A stretch of DNA of 51,205 nucleotides from an uncultured bacterium (GTDB lineage: Bacteria > Ratteibacteria > UBA8468 > B48-G9 > JAFGKM01), in NCBI GenBank assembly GCA_964413825.1, contig CAYPTS010000005.1:1-51205 (forward strand). The letters are read 5' to 3'. The stretch's first letter is position 1, and each line of letters opens with the position of its first letter. This document shows positions 36,994 through 46,250 of this stretch, one piece after another. Both the position numbers and the translations under genes were made by a program. A model generated the notes under the pieces. The model ran no database searches. It had not been told where the DNA came from and worked only from the letters and a program-made list of their open reading frames with translations.

Positions 36994-38790
36994 ATGTTGA
37001 GAGAATTTTTGAAACTGCGGCAGTATGTGGAAATACGCTGGAAATATTTCGGCCTGGGCATGTTGTTTATGGCGCTCAACGCTTTTTTGAGCGGAATATC
37101 CATTTCTTCGACGGTTCCCCTCGTAGACAGGATTATAGCCGACAGAAAGGTGCTGCTGCCCGACAACCTGCCCGCGATTCTCAAAAACCGGCTGGAACCG
37201 GTCGCACATGCTCTCAACACCCTGCCGCAGGGCGTGCTGCTGCAGTACCTGCTGGTTTTCATCGTGTCAACAATTTTCCTCAAGGGCCTTTTTTGCTATC
37301 TGAACAGTTACCACTTCAACCTGTTCGGCAACCGCCTGCTCACGGACGTACGAAACAAACTGTATTCAAAAGTGACGAACCTGTCGATGGACTTTTTCAC
37401 GCAGGAACAGTCGGGACAACTGACGTCAAGACTTATCTACGACGTCAACCTGCTGATGCGCGCTTTCGTCTCTCACTTTCCGTCTATTATTCTGCAGTTT
37501 GTCCTTGCGGCGGTTTATCTTGTCATCATTTTTACGATAGACTGGAAATTAAGCCTTCTATCGCTCCTTATATTCCCGCCGGTATTGTTTCCCATATACA
37601 GGATAGGCAAAAAACTCCGGAAACTCGGAAGAAGGGTACAGGAAGCATACGGAAAGATAGGCAATCTCATACACGAGTGTATTTACGGACAGCAGGTAAT
37701 AAAGTCATACAATCAGGAAAAAAACATCATAAAACGCTTCAGCACGGAAAACGAGCGCATATTCAAAACGGTCATGTCGGCAACAAGAAAAACCCTCCTG
37801 ATAGGACCGCTCACCGAGATAGTCTCGGTTATCGGGGCAAGCGGCCTTTTGTATTTCGGGGCGAAGAAGGTTATCGACGGGTCCATCAGTTCGGGATTTC
37901 TCTTTTTCTTTTTCGTCGCACTTTTCTCCATCATAAGCCCGCTTAAGGGCATTGGAAACGCTTACGCCAATTTGAAACACGACAGTTCCGCCCTGCCCCG
38001 CCTGTTTTCTATTCTCGACCGGCAGAGCATGACGCAGGATTCAGGCAGGGAAGTTTTCACTGGCCTGAAAGAAACCATTGAGTTCAAAAACATCTCTTTC
38101 GCCTATGGGCGCACGCCTGTCCTCAAAGACATCTCTTTCTCTCTGTCCATGGGCAAAAAGATGGGCATCGTAGGACCCACGGGCGTAGGGAAAACAACGC
38201 TCACGGGACTTTTGCCGAGATTTTACGAACCGGCGGCAGGGGAAATCATGATAGACGGCAGAAACATCAAGGATTTCACCATGCATTCCCTCCGGGAACA
38301 TATAGGACTTGTAACGCAGGAACCGATTCTTTTCAACGACACCATAAAAAGAAACATCGCTCTGTCCGACGAGCCCGACATGGAAAGAATCGAACGGGCA
38401 ATGAAAAACGCCTGCATTAAGGAATTTATTGCCTCTCTTCCCGACGGCTGCGAAACACTCGTGGGCGAACGGGGAACGACGCTTTCCGGAGGACAGAAGC
38501 AGTTGCTTTCAATAGCGCGTGCGCTGTACAAGGACCCGGATATTCTAATCCTTGACGAAGCCACCGCTTCTCTTGACAGCAATTCCGAGAAACTCCTGCA
38601 GGGGGCGATGGACACGATTATGGAGGGACGCACCGTTTTCATCATTGCACACCGTCTCTCAACCTTGAGACACGTCGACAGAATCATAGTGCTAAAGGAC
38701 GGGGTGATAACGGAAGAAGGCAGTCATAAGGAACTTTTTGAGAAGAAGGGGGACTACCACAAACTCTGGGAGATACAGTTTTCCCCATAA
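36994..38790 (+). CDS. msbA: ABC transporter permease/ATPase, MsbA-like lipid A exporter
   Basis: Six-TM N-terminal half, Walker [10 protein letters not shown], signature LSGGQKQ, Walker B ILILDEATS. Sits in a lipid A gene context. Confidence 0.8.
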   Translation: MLREFLKLRQYVEIRWKYFGLGMLFMALNAFLSGISISSTVPLVDRIIADRKVLLPDNLPAILKNRLEPVAHALNTLPQGVLLQYLLVFIVSTIFLKGLFCYLNSYHFNLFGNRLLTDVRNKLYSKVTNLSMDFFTQEQSGQLTSRLIYDVNLLMRAFVSHFPSIILQFVLAAVYLVIIFTIDWKLSLLSLLIFPPVLFPIYRIGKKLRKLGRRVQEAYGKIGNLIHECIYGQQVIKSYNQEKNIIKRFSTENERIFKTVMSATRKTLLIGPLTEIVSVIGASGLLYFGAKKVIDGSISSGFLFFFFVALFSIISPLKGIGNAYANLKHDSSALPRLFSILDRQSMTQDSGREVFTGLKETIEFKNISFAYGRTPVLKDISFSLSMGKKMGIVGPTGVGKTTLTGLLPRFYEPAAGEIMIDGRNIKDFTMHSLREHIGLVTQEPILFNDTIKRNIALSDEPDMERIERAMKNACIKEFIASLPDGCETLVGERGTTLSGGQKQLLSIARALYKDPDILILDEATASLDSNSEKLLQGAMDTIMEGRTVFIIAHRLSTLRHVDRIIVLKDGVITEEGSHKELFEKKGDYHKLWEIQFSP

Positions 38791-38817
38791 ATTGAAAAAT
38801 AGAAGAGACCGGCTACC

Positions 38818-38859
38818 GAAGAAAGCCAGTTCTCGCACGGCGCTCGAACTGCTTTCTTC
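38818..38859 (+). repeat. Family D element, copy D2 (full hairpin, possible terminator)
   Basis: gaagaaagccagttc-13 nt loop-gaactgctttcttc, starting 28 nt after the msbA stop. Confidence 0.7.
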
Positions 38860-38886
38860 TTTGCCACAAACGGAAGGAGAGAGACG

Positions 38887-41214
38887 ATGGAAAGCGAAAA
38901 AAGATTTGATTTTGCGGGAATGAAGGCGGCAGAGTACGAGAAGATTCGCAAGGAGAACAGCTGGGGGCTCACGCTGGAAGAGTTTCGGACCGCGCAGAAA
39001 CGCGCGGGAAAACCCCTCACCGTAACCGAGGCATACATAATGGACAGTTTATGGTCCGACCACTGCTCATACAAAAACTCAAAGAACAAACTGCGCCAAC
39101 TCATACGCGACAACCGGTACGTCCTTAAGAGCAAGAACAGCGATGCAGGAGCGGTAAAAATCGGGGACAGTGGCTACTGCGCGGTATTCAAGATAGAGTC
39201 GCACAATCATCCGACACTCATAAACCCTTTTGACGGAGCGGCAACCGGCGCAGGCGGAATCCTGCGCGACATCTTCGCCATGGGAGCGAAAAACCTTGGA
39301 GTAGGGGCTTCCCTGCGGTACGGGCCCAAAGCAGGCCCCGGAGCAAAAGACGTCCTCTCCGGCGCTATGAAGGGAGCCGCTTCCTACTGCAGTGTCATGG
39401 AAACTCCGCTGACAGGACTTGACCTCTACTACGAAGAATCGTTCAGGCATAACTGCCTGATGAACGTTACCGCCATGGGAATCGTGAAGAACAAAGAACT
39501 GATACCCAACATCGTGCCGGCAAATGCTGTCGGCTACAACCTGATTTACATAGGAAAACCCACCGCCGGAGCCGCCGTCGGCGGGGCATCCTTTGCCTCG
39601 CAGGCGTTTGAGGCAGGCAAAAAGAAAGAGATTGAATTCGGTTCCAATCCCCAGCTGGAAAAGGCAACCTTTGACGCGTTTGAAAAGGTAAAAAACGCCT
39701 TGAAAAAGAAGAAACTTCTCAAACAGGTATCCCTTAAGGACATGGGCGCCGCCGGGCTCACCTGCTCGACCGCGGAACAGGTTTCGGAACGGGGGTACGG
39801 AATCGAAATACGTACAGACAGGGTGCCCGTACCAAGAGGAATGAAGGTGCATCCCCTCGCGCTTGCCGTGGGCGAAGACCAGGAACGCAACATGCTGGTT
39901 GCCTCCGACAAAGCGGCGGAAGTTATCCTGAAAGTATTCAACGGCGACAAAAACTTCAAGAAATACGGGGGCAAAGCGGTCGTTATAGGAAAGGTATTGA
40001 AACAAGACAGGTTCGTCATGAAAGACAAAGATGCCGTCTATTGCGACATCCCCGTTCGGCTGATAACCGGCGCGCCCGTCTACAAACCGGCTTCAAAGAA
40101 GCCCTCCGTAAAAGAGACTGCATTCATCGTGGAAAAACCAAAATCCCTTGAGAAAGAGATTCTCAAAATGGTTTCATCCAGAAATGTATACTCAAAAGCG
40201 GACGTCTTTCGCATGCTGAAGGATAAAAAATACGGATTCATATATACCACGCCCGAAGAAACCGACGTCTGCGTCATTGCGGTGCTCAAGAGCGAAAAAA
40301 CATCCGCAAAAAACAAACTCATGGGCGCGGCGCTTACCTTCGGCGGCAAGTCCATACAGGGAAGAAACGGAACCGCCGAACAGCAGGCATACCTTGCAAC
40401 GGTGCTTGCGCGCCTGAAACTCGCGGCGGCAGGACTGAAACCGGTGGCGGCCGCCGACGGATGCAACTACGGCAGTCCCGACAATCCCGAACACTACTAC
40501 TGTTTCGACAAGGGGATAGACGGACTGAACAAGGCATGCAAGATTCCGCTCTACGGGGAGAAACAGCCGCTTGCGGTGGTCGCAGGCAACGTGTCGCTCA
40601 AAAACACATTCATAAGCAACGGGAAGGAAGAACCGATAGACCCGTCGCTTGTCCCTGCGGTATTCGGGTATATCAAAGACTATAGAAAAACCGTGACGAC
40701 CGGGCTGAAGGGTGCCGGCAACCTCCTGTTTTTGGCAGGAAAGCGAAAGCATGAATTCAAGGGCTCGGAATACGCGCAGGCATACGGGCAAGTCGGCAAA
40801 GCCCTCCCATCGGTATCGCCAAAAGAGGCGGCAGGGCTGGAGCATGCGGCGCTGGAATCTGCGGGAAAGGGACTGATTAGGTCCGCGGCGGTTATTGAAA
40901 ACGGCGGGCTTGCCGCCGCGATTGTCAGGATGCTTATGCTGTCAAAGAAAAAGGTTGGAGCGGAGATAGCCATTGGAGCCGCGGGAAGCCTGCGCGAAGA
41001 CTATCTCCTGTTCAGCGAGACCCCGGGATATGTTCTGGAGGTTGCACCCGGCGACGCAGGAAAACTTAAAGCCGCGTACAAAAAATACGGGGTGGGACTG
41101 ATACCGCTGGGCATGACAACAAAAGGCGGAACGTTCAAGGGCTCGGTGAAGGGAAAGGAAATTTTCAACATATCCCTTGCCGACCTGAAAAAATCCTGGA
41201 ACGGTAACAAATAG
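38887..41214 (+). CDS. purL: Phosphoribosylformylglycinamidine synthase subunit PurL
   Basis: 775 aa with SDHCSYK and ESHNHPT motifs and duplicated AIR-synthase-like domains. Confidence 0.92.
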   Translation: MESEKRFDFAGMKAAEYEKIRKENSWGLTLEEFRTAQKRAGKPLTVTEAYIMDSLWSDHCSYKNSKNKLRQLIRDNRYVLKSKNSDAGAVKIGDSGYCAVFKIESHNHPTLINPFDGAATGAGGILRDIFAMGAKNLGVGASLRYGPKAGPGAKDVLSGAMKGAASYCSVMETPLTGLDLYYEESFRHNCLMNVTAMGIVKNKELIPNIVPANAVGYNLIYIGKPTAGAAVGGASFASQAFEAGKKKEIEFGSNPQLEKATFDAFEKVKNALKKKKLLKQVSLKDMGAAGLTCSTAEQVSERGYGIEIRTDRVPVPRGMKVHPLALAVGEDQERNMLVASDKAAEVILKVFNGDKNFKKYGGKAVVIGKVLKQDRFVMKDKDAVYCDIPVRLITGAPVYKPASKKPSVKETAFIVEKPKSLEKEILKMVSSRNVYSKADVFRMLKDKKYGFIYTTPEETDVCVIAVLKSEKTSAKNKLMGAALTFGGKSIQGRNGTAEQQAYLATVLARLKLAAAGLKPVAAADGCNYGSPDNPEHYYCFDKGIDGLNKACKIPLYGEKQPLAVVAGNVSLKNTFISNGKEEPIDPSLVPAVFGYIKDYRKTVTTGLKGAGNLLFLAGKRKHEFKGSEYAQAYGQVGKALPSVSPKEAAGLEHAALESAGKGLIRSAAVIENGGLAAAIVRMLMLSKKKVGAEIAIGAAGSLREDYLLFSETPGYVLEVAPGDAGKLKAAYKKYGVGLIPLGMTTKGGTFKGSVKGKEIFNISLADLKKSWNGNK

Positions 41215-41218
41215 GTAA

Positions 41219-41256
41219 CCCTCTACCCTGCGGGGAGAGGGGCAGGGTGAGGGGGG
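41219..41256 (+). repeat. Family B unit B6 (left end of the DUF559 unit)
   Basis: ccctctaccctgcggggagaggggcagggtgagggggg: an internal hairpin plus a G-rich tail, starting 5 nt after the purL stop. Confidence 0.85.
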
Positions 41257-41258
41257 AT

Positions 41259-41669
41259 ATGAAAAGACCCAACATCCAACGATGCAGAACGCTTAGAAAA
41301 CAACAAACAGATGCAGAAAAGAAACTCTGGAAAATCTTACGTGCCAGGCAACTGACTGGAGCAAAATTCAGAAGACAATTTTCCATAGGACACTATATTC
41401 TGGATTTTTATTCTCCAAAGTATAAACTTGGCATAGAAACAGACGGAGGCCAGCACTATCAGGAAGAAGGAAAGTATAAAGACAGAATAAGAACAGCCAA
41501 TTTGCAGAAAACAGGGGTAGCGATATTGCGTTTTAGCGATTCAGACATTTTAAACAATATCGAAGGAGTGTGGGAGATAATCTGCCGAGATTTAGACAAA
41601 AAAAAGACTCTCTTGCCTCACACTTCTCCCCCTCAACCTGCACCTTCTCCCCCAAGGGAGAAGGAATAA
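41259..41669 (+). CDS. DUF559 (Vsr-like PD-(D/E)XK) endonuclease domain protein
   Basis: LRKQQTDAEKKLWKILR, KFRRQ..IG.YILDF, IETDGGQH and ILRFSDSD are typical of DUF559. The ATG lies 3 nt after the left repeat unit, and the C-terminal 14 aa are read from the right unit. Confidence 0.85.
   Translation: MKRPNIQRCRTLRKQQTDAEKKLWKILRARQLTGAKFRRQFSIGHYILDFYSPKYKLGIETDGGQHYQEEGKYKDRIRTANLQKTGVAILRFSDSDILNNIEGVWEIICRDLDKKKTLLPHTSPPQPAPSPPREKE
41628..41664 (+). repeat. Family B unit B7 (right end of the DUF559 unit)
   Basis: ccccctcaacctgcaccttctcccccaagggagaagg, an imperfect reverse complement of B6. Confidence 0.85.
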
Positions 41670-41697
41670 AGAAATCAAAAGAGAAAAAGGGAGAAAC

Positions 41698-42759
41698 ATG
41701 ATTACGTACGGGAAGGCAGGGGTCAATATTGCGCTGGGAGACGTGTGCTCGCATATCATGTCGGCCGCGGCGGATAAGACTTTCGCAAACAGAAAAGGTA
41801 AAAGCGGCGCGGTGAAAGTACTGGAGAAAAAGGGCCTGCACAGGATTATAACCGTCTCGCTGGGCAGTCTGAAACTGATGCTCAACAGCGACGGCATCGG
41901 CACCAAGGTCGAGTTTGCGGAACGTACCGGCAGGCACGACACCATGGCCTACGACCTGTTTGCGATGCTGTGCGACGACGCCGTGCGGTTCGGATTTGAG
42001 CCCGTTGCGCTTTCCAACATCCTCGACGTCAACTCCCTGAAGGAGGATACCGTGCGGGGACTGGCAAAGGGAATGGTGAAAGCCGCAAAAGACGCAGGCG
42101 TTGCGGTTGTCTCCGGCGAGATAGCGGAACTGGGCGGCAGAGTAGGAGGATACGGAAAAAACAGCTATAACTGGGGCGGAACGGTCTTGAGCATTTTAAG
42201 GAGAGAAATAGGCGGAAACGACATAAAAAAAGGCAGCGCCATAGTTGCATTGCAGGAAAAGGGGTTCCGTTCAAACGGCATCTCCCTGGTGCGCAGGATA
42301 ATGGAAAAAAACTGCGGAACAGACTGGCACAAAAGAAAATCAGGCAAAACGACTCTCGGAGAGATGGCGCTGACCCCTTCTCGCATCTATGCACGCGCCG
42401 CTCTGGAGATGTTCGACCACGTCTCATCCGTCGTTCACGTTACCGGCGGCGGCATCCCGGGCAAACTCGGCAGACTCCTTGCCATGAAAAACTGCGGAGC
42501 AGATATCACCGACCCGTTTGCTCCCTGCGAGCTGATGCTCTCATGCCAGAAGATGGGCGGCGTTCCCGATGAAGAAGCCTACAGGACATGGAACATGGGG
42601 CAGGGTATGCTTCTTGTAACGAACAAGCCGGACAGAATAATCGGCATTGCGGCAAAACACAAGATTGGTGCAAAGGCGATAGGCGGGACAACCGGAAAAA
42701 AGGGAATAAGAATTACCAGCAGGGGATATTTCAATACCGGCACGACCCTTGTTTTCTAA
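41698..42759 (+). CDS. purM: Phosphoribosylformylglycinamidine cyclo-ligase (AIR synthase)
   Basis: 353 aa with YGKAGVNI, SDGIGTK and the PurM N- and C-terminal domains. Confidence 0.9.
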   Translation: MITYGKAGVNIALGDVCSHIMSAAADKTFANRKGKSGAVKVLEKKGLHRIITVSLGSLKLMLNSDGIGTKVEFAERTGRHDTMAYDLFAMLCDDAVRFGFEPVALSNILDVNSLKEDTVRGLAKGMVKAAKDAGVAVVSGEIAELGGRVGGYGKNSYNWGGTVLSILRREIGGNDIKKGSAIVALQEKGFRSNGISLVRRIMEKNCGTDWHKRKSGKTTLGEMALTPSRIYARAALEMFDHVSSVVHVTGGGIPGKLGRLLAMKNCGADITDPFAPCELMLSCQKMGGVPDEEAYRTWNMGQGMLLVTNKPDRIIGIAAKHKIGAKAIGGTTGKKGIRITSRGYFNTGTTLVF

Positions 42760-42797
42760 CTGATGCGCCGCCAAAATCGCAGTAATACCGTCTGGTA

Positions 42798-43211
42798 TCA
42801 GATTTTACTGCCGGTGGTGGCTCTGGAGATGGAAACGTACTTGATTCCCTTTAACGATTTGATGGCGGTAAACAGAGCTTGTATATTCTCAACCATTCCT
42901 TTGAGGACAATAATCTCCAGGCAGTTGTCATGGTCCATGTGGACGTGCTGGCTTGATATTATGCTGTGGTGGAAGTCATGCTGGACATCGGTTATCCTCT
43001 GCACGAGTTCCCTCTTGCGGTGGTCGTAAACCATCATTATGCATCCGGCGACTATCTCGCCTTTTTCCCACTCCTCTTCTACGAACCGCTCCCTTATGAT
43101 GCCCCTGATAGCCTCGGAACGGTTCTTGTAGCCTTCTTTCGCGAGTAATGCGTCAAACTCCTTGAGAAGTTTTTCTTCCATTGAAACGCCGAACCTTATA
43201 ATCCTGGTCAT
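42798..43211 (-). CDS. nikR: Nickel-responsive regulator NikR
   Basis: Ribbon-helix-helix N-terminus (IIRFGVSMEEKLLKEFD) plus C-terminal metal-binding His/Cys residues (HHSIISSQHVHMDHDNC). Confidence 0.88.
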   Translation of the reverse strand: MTRIIRFGVSMEEKLLKEFDALLAKEGYKNRSEAIRGIIRERFVEEEWEKGEIVAGCIMMVYDHRKRELVQRITDVQHDFHHSIISSQHVHMDHDNCLEIIVLKGMVENIQALFTAIKSLKGIKYVSISRATTGSKI

Positions 43212-43230
43212 ACTCCCCCTTCTACCTTCA

Positions 43231-43300
43231 CGTCATTGCGAGGCGTAGCCGAAGCAATCTCAATGGGATTGCCGCGCCAAAAAACGGCTCGCAATGACAA
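43231..43300. repeat. Family A palindromic element, copy A5
   Basis: cgtcattgcgaggcgtagccgaagcaatctcaatgggattgccgcgcc...ctcgcaatgacaa. It starts 20 nt upstream of the nikR ATG. Confidence 0.85.
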
Positions 43301-43312
43301 ATAAGTATATGT

Positions 43313-43341
43313 ATTTTACATTATCCGGAAATATGTTACAA
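43313..43341 (-). promoter_or_regulatory. Sigma70-like promoter of nikR
   Basis: On the minus strand: TTGTAA (43341-43336), 17-nt spacer, TAAAAT (43318-43313). The palindrome ATGTA-TTT-TACAT at 43309-43321 overlaps the -10 box. Confidence 0.4.
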
Positions 43342-43342
43342 T
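43315..43342 (+). promoter_or_regulatory. Extended -10 promoter of kdsB (possible leaderless transcript)
   Basis: TTTACA (43315-43320), 16-nt spacer containing TGT, TACAAT (43337-43342). The ATG is at 43350. Confidence 0.4.
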
Positions 43343-43349
43343 TTCCTGC

Positions 43350-44102
43350 ATGAAAAAAGAGAAGGTCGTCTGCATAATACCCGCGCGGTATGACTCCGAA
43401 CGCCTCAAGGGCAAGGTTCTCTACCCCATAAACGGCAAATCGATACTGGAAAGGGTCTACAACAGGGCTAAGCTGGTCAAGAGTTTTTCCGCCATTTATA
43501 TCGCAACCGACCACAAAAAAATAGTGGAAGCGGCTGAAAAGTTCGGCGCAAAGACGATAATGACTTATGGCAGGTGCAACTGCGGAAGCGACAGGGTTGC
43601 GGAAGCGGCGAGGAAAATCGATGCGGACATCGTCGTAAACATACAGGCGGACGAGCCTTACATGCCCGTTGCCGCCGTTGAAGAACCGCTGAAACTTCTG
43701 CTCGAGGACAAACGCCTTTACGTAACCACCTCGGTAACAAAGATACGCAAACAGGAAGAACTTTACGACCCCAACATCGCAAAAATCGTCCTTGACAAGG
43801 ACAATTTTACGCTGTATTCATCCCGCTCGCTCATCCCTTATCCTACAGTGTACTTCTCGGACAACAAGCCTTCATCCCTGAAAAAGGTGATTTTCTACAA
43901 ACACATAGGTGTATACCTTTTCAGAAAGAAGTTCCTTCAGACGTTCGCGAAACTGCCGGTTTCTCCGCTGGAGAAGGCCGAAAGCCTCGAGCAGTTGCGG
44001 ATAATAGAGCACGGGTACAAACTCAAGGCTTCCATCGTGGCACAGGACTCGCCATGCGTGGACACGCTGGAAGACATAAAAAGAATAGAGGGTAACTCAT
44101 GA
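43350..44102 (+). CDS. kdsB: 3-deoxy-manno-octulosonate cytidylyltransferase
   Basis: IIPARYDSERLKGK and NIQADEP motifs. No Shine-Dalgarno sequence; the -10 box ends 8 nt before the ATG. Confidence 0.9.
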   Translation: MKKEKVVCIIPARYDSERLKGKVLYPINGKSILERVYNRAKLVKSFSAIYIATDHKKIVEAAEKFGAKTIMTYGRCNCGSDRVAEAARKIDADIVVNIQADEPYMPVAAVEEPLKLLLEDKRLYVTTSVTKIRKQEELYDPNIAKIVLDKDNFTLYSSRSLIPYPTVYFSDNKPSSLKKVIFYKHIGVYLFRKKFLQTFAKLPVSPLEKAESLEQLRIIEHGYKLKASIVAQDSPCVDTLEDIKRIEGNS

Positions 44103-45706
44103 AAAAATTCATATTCGTAACCGGCGGGGTTGTTTCTTCTCTCGGCAAAGGCATCGCCTCCGCCTCAATCGGCTCCCTTCTTGAATCCCACGGCTACAAA
44201 ATTTCCATACTTAAACTCGACCCCTACCTCAACGTTGACCCGGGAACGATGAGCCCGTTCCAGCACGGCGAGGTTTACGTTACGGAAGACGGGGCGGAGA
44301 CCGACCTGGACCTCGGGCACTACGAGAGGTTCACCGACGCCCGCATGACCCGGCAAAACAACGCAACCAGCGGGCAGGTATACAACGCGGTACTTACAAG
44401 AGAACGGGAAGGCGGATATCTCGGCAAAACGGTACAGGTCGTCCCCCACATAACAAATGAAATAAAGGACAGGATAAACGCCGTCTCGGACAATGCGGAC
44501 ATAGTCATTACCGAGATAGGCGGAACAGTGGGAGACATCGAAAGTCTGCCGTTTCTGGAAGCGGTACGGCAGATGCACGTACAGTCTAAAGAAAACGATA
44601 CCCTGCACATACACCTTACCCTCATCCCCTACATAGGAGCGGCGGGAGAACTGAAAACCAAGCCGACCCAGCACAGCGTCGGGCGCCTGAGGGAAATCGG
44701 CATCCAGCCGAAAATCCTTTTGTGCCGCACCGAAAAACCTCTGAACGGAGAATTGAAAGAAAAAATCGCCCTGTTCTGCAACGTCCGGAAAGAAGCCGTC
44801 ATAGAAGCGCTGGACACCAAAATTCTCTACGAAATACCGCTGACCTTTTCAAGACAGAATCTCGACGGCATCATACTCGACTACCTCGGGCTGAAAAAGA
44901 AAAGCGGAAACGACCTGGCAAAGTGGAAAAACGTTGTCAACACCCTGCAGAAAACGGATAAAGAAGTCGTCATAGGAGTCGTCGGCAAATACGTGAAACT
45001 CCAGGATTCATACAAATCCATATACGAAGCGCTGGCACACGGGGGGATAGCAAACAAGGTCGGCATACGGTACAAAAAGATTGATTCCGAGATAATAGAG
45101 GAAAAAGGAATAGAATCCGTTTTTGACGAGGTTTCCGGGGTTATAATGCCCGGCGGCTTCGGCATACGGGGGATAGAAGGGATGATAACCGCCGCACAAT
45201 ACGTACGCGAAAACAAGATACCCTTTTTCGGCATATGCCTCGGGATGCAGTGCTGTGCTATCGAGATTGCGCGGCACCTTTGCGGAATGCAGAACGCATC
45301 CAGCACAGAGTTCCACCCGGAGACGAAAAGCCCGGTAGTATGCCTTCTGCCGGAACAAAACGCAGTCAAAAATATGGGCGGTTCCATGCGGCTGGGAGCG
45401 TATCCCTGCATCCTGAAAAAAGGCACGCATTCATACGACGCATACAAAAAAACGAAGATTTGCGAACGGCACCGGCACAGGTACGAGTTCAACAACGACT
45501 ACAGGGAACTGTTCGAGAAAAACGGAATAGTTTTTGCAGGAATTAATCCGGAAAAAGACCTTGTGGAGATTCTTGAAATAGACAAGAAACAGCACCCGTT
45601 TTTTCTGGCGACGCAGTTTCACCCCGAATTTAAGTCACAGCCGTTCAAGCCGCACCCGCTGTTTTCCGCCTTTATCAATGCCTCCCTCATTGGAGGAAGT
45701 TTTTAA
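44099..45706 (+). CDS. pyrG: CTP synthase
   Basis: FVTGGVVSSLGKG and the GATase motif GICLGMQ. 535 aa. Confidence 0.96.
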   Translation: MKKFIFVTGGVVSSLGKGIASASIGSLLESHGYKISILKLDPYLNVDPGTMSPFQHGEVYVTEDGAETDLDLGHYERFTDARMTRQNNATSGQVYNAVLTREREGGYLGKTVQVVPHITNEIKDRINAVSDNADIVITEIGGTVGDIESLPFLEAVRQMHVQSKENDTLHIHLTLIPYIGAAGELKTKPTQHSVGRLREIGIQPKILLCRTEKPLNGELKEKIALFCNVRKEAVIEALDTKILYEIPLTFSRQNLDGIILDYLGLKKKSGNDLAKWKNVVNTLQKTDKEVVIGVVGKYVKLQDSYKSIYEALAHGGIANKVGIRYKKIDSEIIEEKGIESVFDEVSGVIMPGGFGIRGIEGMITAAQYVRENKIPFFGICLGMQCCAIEIARHLCGMQNASSTEFHPETKSPVVCLLPEQNAVKNMGGSMRLGAYPCILKKGTHSYDAYKKTKICERHRHRYEFNNDYRELFEKNGIVFAGINPEKDLVEILEIDKKQHPFFLATQFHPEFKSQPFKPHPLFSAFINASLIGGSF

Positions 45707-46250
45707 GAAGGGTTTTGCCGTGTTCGGTAAGGATGGCCTCCGGATGGAACTGCACCCCGAAAAGACTGTATTTTTTGTGCCGCACGCCCATTATCTCGCC
45801 TTCCTGCGTCCATGAATCGACCATCATCTCGTCGGGAAGCGTATTACTCTCGATGATAAGCGAGTGGTACCTTGTCGCGGTAAACGGGCTGGGTATTCCT
45901 TTATAGAGACCGTCTCCCTTGTGATGCACCTGCGAGGTTTTACCGTGCATCAGGCGTCCCGCCTTGACAATCCTTGCGCCGTAAACGCGCCCGATGCACT
46001 GATGTCCGAGACATACGCCGAGAATGGGGATACGCCCGGCAAACTTCCTGATGATTTCGCATGAAATCCCCGCGTCCTCCGGCCTGCCCGGACCCGGGGA
46101 AACCACTATGCGGGAAACGTTTTTCATGCCCTCTATTCTACTAACGTCGACGGCATCGTTCCTGTAGACCGCAACCCGCTCGCCCAGTTCCCCGAAATAC
46201 TGCACCAGGTTATAGACAAACGAGTCGTAGTTATCTATCATCAGCACCAT
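45687..46250 (-). CDS. trpG: Anthranilate synthase component II (glutamine amidotransferase)
   Basis: Start placed at internal ATG 46250, with GGAG upstream. IDNYDSFVYNL, GVCLGHQ and FHPE motifs. A PabA role cannot be excluded. Confidence 0.85.
   Translation of the reverse strand: MVLMIDNYDSFVYNLVQYFGELGERVAVYRNDAVDVSRIEGMKNVSRIVVSPGPGRPEDAGISCEIIRKFAGRIPILGVCLGHQCIGRVYGARIVKAGRLMHGKTSQVHHKGDGLYKGIPSPFTATRYHSLIIESNTLPDEMMVDSWTQEGEIMGVRHKKYSLFGVQFHPEAILTEHGKTLLKNFLQ

Larger units (their letters stand above)
41219..41664 (+). mobile_element. Candidate repeat-bounded DUF559 nuclease unit inserted between purL and purM
   Basis: Inverted 37-38-nt family B units bracket a single DUF559 ORF. ORF-less copies of the same units occur at four other sites in the window. 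Confidence 0.5.

Noticed and set aside
3044-43300. The recurring cattgcgag/caatctc palindromes as a CRISPR array.
   Set aside because: The copies are tens of kb apart, imperfect and of variable length, and they are not interleaved with unique spacers. No cas genes are present in the window.
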